Shown piece after piece: positions 58,938-64,000 of a DNA stretch of 64,000 nucleotides (the first letter of the stretch is position 1; each line of letters begins with the position of its first letter). The stretch is from a virus (Duplodnaviria; Caudoviricetes), in IMG/VR virus record IMGVR_UViG_3300042350_003801; one strand, 5' to 3'. The notes beneath the pieces were generated by a model. That model was not told the DNA's origin and did not search any database. It saw nothing but the letters and a program-made list of their open reading frames with translations. The position numbers and the translations under genes were made by a program.

Positions 58938-59504
58938 TTAAACCCCTCCAGATTCTTGAAATGTATTAAACCTAATTTTTCCATTGCTAAAAACTGTAAT
59001 TGGAATATCCTCTTCACCTACGATTAATGTTTGGTCCCATTTCTCGCTATAGGAGTTTCCCCACCAATCTGTACGAGGTAAATATGCCCGGTATCCTTCC
59101 ACAGTCCTTTCAATTTTTACTATAACAGTTCCGAGTTTATTTCCATGAACCGGATAATTTCCATTGATATACCACTGAGATTTTTTATCTCTAAAAACTA
59201 TTTTTAATGCCCAGGATACAGCAAAGCCATATTCACCAATTTCCATTTCATTGATAGGCTTTTCTTTTTTCACTGCAGAAATCTTATAATTATTCCCCTC
59301 AAGTATTTTAACTCTTTCTTCCAGAGACTCAATTCTATATGTCAATGAAAGGTCCTCGTCTTCCGGTTCACATAATCCGAGAGCGTTTATAATTTCATCC
59401 ATATATTTTTCAATGGAAGTTAATCTTTTTCTTGTCCCATCAACAAAATCTTTAACCCACCAACGTTTTTCAATCATAATCGTGCTCTGCTTTTTGTTCG
59501 CCAC
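58938..59504 (-). CDS. hypothetical protein
   Basis: 188-aa ORF abutting the next gene. Confidence 0.65.
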   Translation of the reverse strand: MANKKQSTIMIEKRWWVKDFVDGTRKRLTSIEKYMDEIINALGLCEPEDEDLSLTYRIESLEERVKILEGNNYKISAVKKEKPINEMEIGEYGFAVSWALKIVFRDKKSQWYINGNYPVHGNKLGTVIVKIERTVEGYRAYLPRTDWWGNSYSEKWDQTLIVGEEDIPITVFSNGKIRFNTFQESGGV

Positions 59505-59713
59505 CTATTATGGATCATTTTTGGTGAAATGGCCGTTTGAGTGGACAGTTTTTATATTGGCCCTTTTTGGCGGAATTTTTTGGGCGGGAAATTTTTTTGA
59601 GAGCAGGGGGTGTCTTAAGCCATATGGGACCCAATGGTTTTTATTATAAAACGCACTTGGGGGGGGTATGGGTATCTTATCGCTAGGCCACACCGGGGCA
59701 CCGCCGGGACGGT

Positions 59714-59756
59714 AGTATATCTGTCCCATAAGAACCACTGATGGGACAGATATACT
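59714..59756. repeat. perfect 16-bp inverted repeat with 11-nt loop
   Basis: agtatatctgtcccat (59714-59729) / atgggacagatatact (59741-59756). Confidence 0.9.
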
Positions 59757-59823
59757 GCTCACAAACCCCAGCAAGACTGGCCCCAATAAGATATACAAAT
59801 CAGGGCCAACTGCTAATCATACT

Positions 59824-60105
59824 TTACACCCCCAACTCTCCAAGGCGGAGAGCTATCCTATGCCGGGCAATCCTGGCCCCATTCAATGTAAACATAAACC
59901 GACGACTACCCTTTACGTTTACAACAATACGGCAGCCGATCACTACATCAGAAGGAGGATTGCCAAGCCCAGTGTAACCCTGGCAGTGGTATTCTGCCTC
60001 GGCGATCATACCATCGCCGTGCAATCCGCCGCTATTGAGAGAATCAATGGCGAACTGTTCGGTATCATTGACCTTTGCCAATAGCTCGTTCATTGTAGAC
60101 AACAT
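59824..60105 (-). CDS. early-type hypothetical protein
   Basis: 93-aa ORF co-oriented with the early cluster. Confidence 0.6.
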   Translation of the reverse strand: MLSTMNELLAKVNDTEQFAIDSLNSGGLHGDGMIAEAEYHCQGYTGLGNPPSDVVIGCRIVVNVKGSRRFMFTLNGARIARHRIALRLGELGV

Positions 60106-60151
60106 GGCTGAGATTGCGATGGGATTGTGTTAATGAAAGGCTAGAGATTTA

Positions 60152-60442
60152 TTACATCCTCTCATTACAAACGATGCGGGAAGTATATTGCCGGCCGTCA
60201 CGGTAAAATACTAAAAGGTCGGAATGTAGCTCCTGAAGAGTTTCATCTAAGGTTTCATATTCTTCTCTTTCAATATAACCAGACTGTAACATCCCGGCGG
60301 CACCCGAATCACCGAATACTAGGAACTTTGATGTTGCAACTACCTCGAAGTAATCATCCTCGTTCTCAAGAATGCCGACATAATCGGCGCCGGAGATGTC
60401 AACCGCAGACCATTGTGTGTTGGCCATTGTTTGCACCGGCAA
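60152..60442 (-). CDS. early-type hypothetical protein
   Basis: 96-aa acidic ORF; GCTG-TATGAT -10-like element upstream. Confidence 0.65.
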   Translation of the reverse strand: MPVQTMANTQWSAVDISGADYVGILENEDDYFEVVATSKFLVFGDSGAAGMLQSGYIEREEYETLDETLQELHSDLLVFYRDGRQYTSRIVCNERM

Positions 60443-60531
60443 CCTGCCGGGGCTGAACTACCCTCTAATCATACAGCATCCACAACCGGAACGGTCGGAA
60501 TAACCGATAAGCATTGCTAATGGTTGAGGAC

Positions 60532-60560
60532 TTGACAGGCTGGGCTGGTTCTGTTATTGT
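60532..60560 (+). promoter_or_regulatory. sigma70-type promoter TTGACA-17-TGnTATTGT (no downstream ORF)
   Basis: -35 at 60532-60537, -10 at 60555-60560. Confidence 0.75.
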
Positions 60561-60566
60561 AGCTTC

Positions 60567-60680
60567 ATACAAGGAAACCAGCGCAAGAAGCGCATCATAT
60601 AAGCGGACACAATAAACCTGCTCGTTAATAATAGCATCTAAAATATAAAGAAAGGCCCGCGATTGCGAGCCATTTGTTAT
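60567..60680 (+). ncRNA. candidate sRNA, copy A
   Basis: Promoter, GCGC-AAGAA-GCGC stem, CACAATAAACCTGC motif and terminal hairpin ggcccgc-gatt-gcgagcc; no ATG. Confidence 0.55.
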
Positions 60681-60697
60681 TCTTATCGGTCAACTCT

Positions 60698-62224
60698 TTA
60701 AGATAACTTAGCCGGTACATTGACCATGGTTAGGTGTTGCTTAGCACGGGTGACTTGCACATAGCAGAGATGATCTTCTTGTGCAAGTTCCCATTCTTTC
60801 TTTGCAAACTTGCTAGGAGAATAGAGATCCATCCCTAGACAGAATACGCGATCCCATTCTCTACCCTTTGCCTTATGGATTGTGCTGAGAGTTAATACTT
60901 TCTGCTGGCCAGCTTCAGTATCACCAAACAGGCTACGAATCTTGCCGACAAGTACACTAACATCATCTTCATCGTCGCATTGTGTCATAAACACCTCTAA
61001 AGTTTTAGCCTTATCGTCTACATTCTGTGCCTTTGTATTATCTTCCTTGGAGATAAACTTCTCAATCTCATTCGCGGCCCATTGCTCCACTTTAGATCTT
61101 AATTTTCCCACGGTTTTGATAGACTTCCATCGCGTAGTAAGTGCAATTAAACCCTCGCCAATCTTGCGTCCTTCAACTTTACAAGCTACCCCTCCTCTCA
61201 ATAGAGAATATGCAAGCGAAACTAGCGGTTTTGTATTACGACAAAGGATAGCATCTTGCCTCCCAGTAAGTTTAACAACCTCGGTCAATTCACAGGCATC
61301 CACTATACCATCGGGAGCAGATTCGTGTGCTTCAATATGATCCACCCACTGATTCGCAACCTGAACTATAGCCTTAGGGCAACGATAAGTCACAGTTAAG
61401 GGTAGAGTTTCCGCATTAAACTCTGACCGAATGTTATCTAATGCAGCAGAATCTGCACCAGTAAAACCATAAATTGCCTGGCAAGGATCGCCCACAGCGA
61501 ATAGCCTACCTGATGGATTTAGCATCATTTTAACTAATGCCCGGCGCGTTGCATTAGTGTCTTGAGCTTCATCCAACAAAATGTTATCATATTGCCAAAT
61601 CTTCATCTTATTAAGAATAGGCATATAGATCATATCTGAAAAGTCTACAATATGAGTAAGAGAATTGCTCACCTTTAGTAAATACTGGGCGGCATCAATT
61701 CCCTGTGACTCGGTTATACCATCTGGCAGAGAATCTAACAAGTTATGATGATCTAGCATTGTCATCCAATTATCTACATTATCTTCAACGATTGCAGCAA
61801 TTCCGCATTCTTTGGCCATACCTGCAGCCGTTGTAACGAATTGGCGCAAAGGTTCATGTTCACCATTAAACTCACGGCGGGCTAATTCTCTTAGTTTGTT
61901 ACCATCCACCTTGACGCGACTTACAGCCCTACGAATAGCACCGAATCCGAAAGAATGCAGAGTGCCAACCTTAACCCTATCACCCAGATTAAGGGGTGCA
62001 ATCTTATCAGCAATCTCTAGGCTAATTGCCTTGTTAAATGCACAGAATGCAACTGATCCCTTAGTTGCATTAACCATCTCAACTAATGTTGTAGTCTTGC
62101 CTGCTCCTGCTACCGCTTCCAGCACAAGATTAGCCCTGGAAGATGTAACAAACTGAACGGCGGCAGCTTGCTGTGTGGAGAGTTGACGGGCCATGGCAGG
62201 GAGAATCCCTAAGTGCTCCGACAT
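60698..62224 (-). CDS. UvrD/Rep-like SF1 DNA helicase (likely start MARQLS)
   Basis: AVAGAGKTTT, LLDEAQD, VGDPCQAIYGF, LTVTYRCP, STIHKAKGREW, YVQVTRAK. Confidence 0.92.
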   Translation of the reverse strand: MSEHLGILPAMARQLSTQQAAAVQFVTSSRANLVLEAVAGAGKTTTLVEMVNATKGSVAFCAFNKAISLEIADKIAPLNLGDRVKVGTLHSFGFGAIRRAVSRVKVDGNKLRELARREFNGEHEPLRQFVTTAAGMAKECGIAAIVEDNVDNWMTMLDHHNLLDSLPDGITESQGIDAAQYLLKVSNSLTHIVDFSDMIYMPILNKMKIWQYDNILLDEAQDTNATRRALVKMMLNPSGRLFAVGDPCQAIYGFTGADSAALDNIRSEFNAETLPLTVTYRCPKAIVQVANQWVDHIEAHESAPDGIVDACELTEVVKLTGRQDAILCRNTKPLVSLAYSLLRGGVACKVEGRKIGEGLIALTTRWKSIKTVGKLRSKVEQWAANEIEKFISKEDNTKAQNVDDKAKTLEVFMTQCDDEDDVSVLVGKIRSLFGDTEAGQQKVLTLSTIHKAKGREWDRVFCLGMDLYSPSKFAKKEWELAQEDHLCYVQVTRAKQHLTMVNVPAKLS

Positions 62225-62285
62225 CCTACCACACTTTCTGCCACGGATGGCCAGCCTGTCAGATAATCCTAACCGATATAATAAA

Positions 62286-62342
62286 GAGCAGGTTTATTGT
62301 GGCCGTTTATATGATGCGCTTCTTGCGCTGGTTTGCTTTGTT
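62286..62342 (-). repeat. inverted copy B of the cassette (47/49 identical to 60575-60623)
   Basis: Direct comparison; TAGAAT -10-like element at 62349-62354 upstream on the minus strand. Confidence 0.85.
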
Positions 62343-62447
62343 GTTCATATTCTACAGCCTTATGCGCCGGTTTCTGGTTGGTGTGTGCCAGTGGTTAAAG
62401 TGTCATCAGAGGCACCCAGAAGCCCTTAGAAGGTGCTACAATACAGT

Positions 62448-62557
62448 GAGACAAGCAAAGACAGCGGGCGAGCCGCATTTATATAAATTGGCACAATAAA
62501 CCAGCCTTGAGATAATAAGATATAAATAAAGGCCCGCAATCGCGAGCCCATTGGTTA
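62448..62557 (+). ncRNA. candidate sRNA, copy C
   Basis: TGcTACAAT extended -10 (62437-62442), GCGG-gcgag-CCGC stem, CACAATAAACCAGC motif and hairpin ggcccgc-aatc-gcgagcc; no ATG. Confidence 0.5.
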
Positions 62558-62989
62558 TCAGTAAACCGTTTCAATGTCGGCACATTGAAGGATACCAGAC
62601 GGTTCAAGTCTGATAGAATCGCCATAATCAGACTTGATGCACCGAATGTTACTCCAACCCAGTTCATATTTCACCGCCCGAATGATAGCAAGATCCGTTT
62701 TCTTGCCGAGAATAGGCACCTCAAACCTCCTATCGATAGTGTTCACTTCACCACCAAATAGGCCATAAACAGTAACCCCAACCGATGGCACTTGTTCATA
62801 GCTGATACTATCAACACAATAATTGGCATAATCTGTTACTGCCTCCACTATATCATCCTCCCTATCAACAATGAATACCTTATTGCTAAACCTTTTATTA
62901 TAGTCTGCGGTTTCTTCTTGAGTGAGTTCTTCATCTTCACAGTCGGTGCTAAAGTCAAACTCAACTTTGGTGATTCTGTAAGCTGGCAT
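62558..62989 (-). CDS. early-type hypothetical protein
   Basis: 143 aa; own TTGACA-17-TATTGT promoter at 63015-63043. Confidence 0.75.
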   Translation of the reverse strand: MPAYRITKVEFDFSTDCEDEELTQEETADYNKRFSNKVFIVDREDDIVEAVTDYANYCVDSISYEQVPSVGVTVYGLFGGEVNTIDRRFEVPILGKKTDLAIIRAVKYELGWSNIRCIKSDYGDSIRLEPSGILQCADIETVY

Positions 62990-63014
62990 TGGTCTGAATC
63001 TGAACGTCCCACTA

Positions 63015-63108
63015 ACAATAAACTGTTTTCGTCAGTATGTCAATGGTTGATTGATAAGCATTACTGATCATTCAAGGGCTTGACATACTGGGTTGATTCT
63101 GTTATTGT
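63015..63108. promoter_or_regulatory. divergent pair of TTGACA-17-TATTGT promoters
   Basis: Minus strand: -35 63038-63043, -10 63015-63020. Plus strand: -35 63080-63085, -10 63103-63108. An imperfect palindrome TGATAAGCATTACTGATCA lies between them. Confidence 0.8.
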
Positions 63109-63114
63109 ATGTTC

Positions 63115-63230
63115 ATACAAGGAAAACCAGCGGAAGAACCGCTACAAATAAGAAGCCACAATGATCCTGCCTTTCATTATTAGAATATAAACAATACAAA
63201 AAGACTTCCGAGTTGGAAGCCTTTATTATA
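63115..63230 (+). ncRNA. candidate sRNA, copy D
   Basis: AGCGG-AAGAA-CCGCT stem, CACAATGATCCTGC motif and terminal hairpin cttcc-gagtt-ggaag followed by TTTATT. Confidence 0.55.
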
Positions 63231-63235
63231 CCGAC

Positions 63236-63364
63236 TTATCGGGCATCGGTAATAACAACCGGCATCGGTTTCTGCGGCCGTTTGATCTCAGCGCCGGGGC
63301 GATAGACTGGCCGCAGTGTAGTAGACGGACGGACAGGGCGAGGAGCCAGAGTAGGAGCAGTCAT
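63236..63364 (-). CDS. 42-aa Pro/Arg-rich peptide
   Basis: Manual translation MTAPTLAPRPVRPSTTLRPVYRPGAEIKRPQKPMPVVITDAR*; TTGACG-18-TAAGAT promoter upstream and a terminator hairpin downstream. Confidence 0.55.
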   Translation of the reverse strand: MTAPTLAPRPVRPSTTLRPVYRPGAEIKRPQKPMPVVITDAR

Positions 63365-63555
63365 CGGAGGTTGAGCGGTTGACTCCATAATCTTACAGCA
63401 TGAACCGCCAGACCGTCAACCAATCGGGGGCCATTGGTCAGAGAATGCTCACACTAGGATGGTTTCATAGATTATCGGTGATTCTATCCCATCCTACCTG
63501 CCCACCAGAATACCACAAAAACCAAAAATATAATAAACCCGCAGACATTAAAAAG

Positions 63556-63578
63556 GCCAGGGATATTAACTCCCTGGC
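63556..63578 (-). terminator. terminator hairpin
   Basis: gccaggga-tattaac-tccctggc with a U-tract on the minus strand, after 63603..63947. Confidence 0.7.
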
Positions 63579-63602
63579 GCCGGTTATACTGGAGCCCCGT
63601 AA

Positions 63603-63947
63603 TCACTCCGGGAATTGTGAAGAATAAGAAGGAACTATGCTCACTTTCATGCAATGTTCAAACGGAATATCACCTTCCATAGGATTAAACACATACCATT
63701 TATGTTCCCTCTGGAATAACTGACAACCGCAATAACGCATCAGGATTCTATTCATTCGCTCTTTAGTTGAGCGGCTCCTTTTAATAGGATCGTATAGAGT
63801 TACTCTTCCTAATACAGGAGCATAAAGGGCAATGAGTTTGCCATGATGCATAAAATGGATCAGCTCAAAGATGGAACCTACATCCGTAGCCTTAATTTCA
63901 TCGTTATTTTTCTTGTAGTTGACATGATTCTCAGCATGGAATAGCAT
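63603..63947 (-). CDS. early-type hypothetical protein
   Basis: 114-aa ORF followed by a terminator. Confidence 0.65.
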   Translation of the reverse strand: MLFHAENHVNYKKNNDEIKATDVGSIFELIHFMHHGKLIALYAPVLGRVTLYDPIKRSRSTKERMNRILMRYCGCQLFQREHKWYVFNPMEGDIPFEHCMKVSIVPSYSSQFPE

Positions 63948-64000
63948 CGTCTTAATACAATCAGCCCCGCCGCGATCGTTTACAAAATCCTGGCGTTCTT

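Noticed and set aside
59508-59798. 96-aa ORF as a real gene
   Set aside because: Low-complexity translation driven by homopolymer tracts and spanning a long hairpin; more likely non-coding.
62173-62499. 108-aa + strand ORF and the 62193..62429 and 62479..62667 ORFs
   Set aside because: They overlap promoters, repeats and the helicase start; no recognisable motifs.
60567-63230. CRISPR mini-array interpretation of the repeated cassettes
   Set aside because: Copies are kilobases apart, one is inverted, and there is no repeat-spacer periodicity.

Overview
This window is a segment of a T4-like cyanophage (cyanomyovirus) genome. It is probably of a freshwater Synechococcus/Cyanobium-infecting lineage, which is an inference from the psbA gene and gene style. 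From 1 to 11.4 kb lies an island of tail-fibre-like structural genes, including a chimeric 1666-aa receptor-binding-like protein. From 11.4 to 45.6 kb is the canonical minus-strand morphogenesis block, transcribed gp25-gp6-gp7-gp8-DUF4815 (split in two)-gp13-gp14-gp15-gp16-gp17-gp18-gp19-gp20, with T4-type late promoters (NNTAAATA). From 45.6 to 52 kb are putative capsid-packaged internal proteins carrying T4-like capsid-targeting leaders; the array is interrupted by an IS607 element whose TnpB has the rearranged pro-Fanzor RuvC site. From 52 to 57.3 kb are an ATPase-only terminase paralogue, a free-standing GIY-YIG endonuclease and a psbA gene split by four group I introns that splice back to an intact 359-aa D1. 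From 57.3 to 64 kb are early-type small genes, a UvrD-like helicase and a repeated promoter-driven, ORF-less, structured ~110-nt cassette that looks like a multi-copy phage sRNA. All calls come from reading the sequence; no database searches were run.
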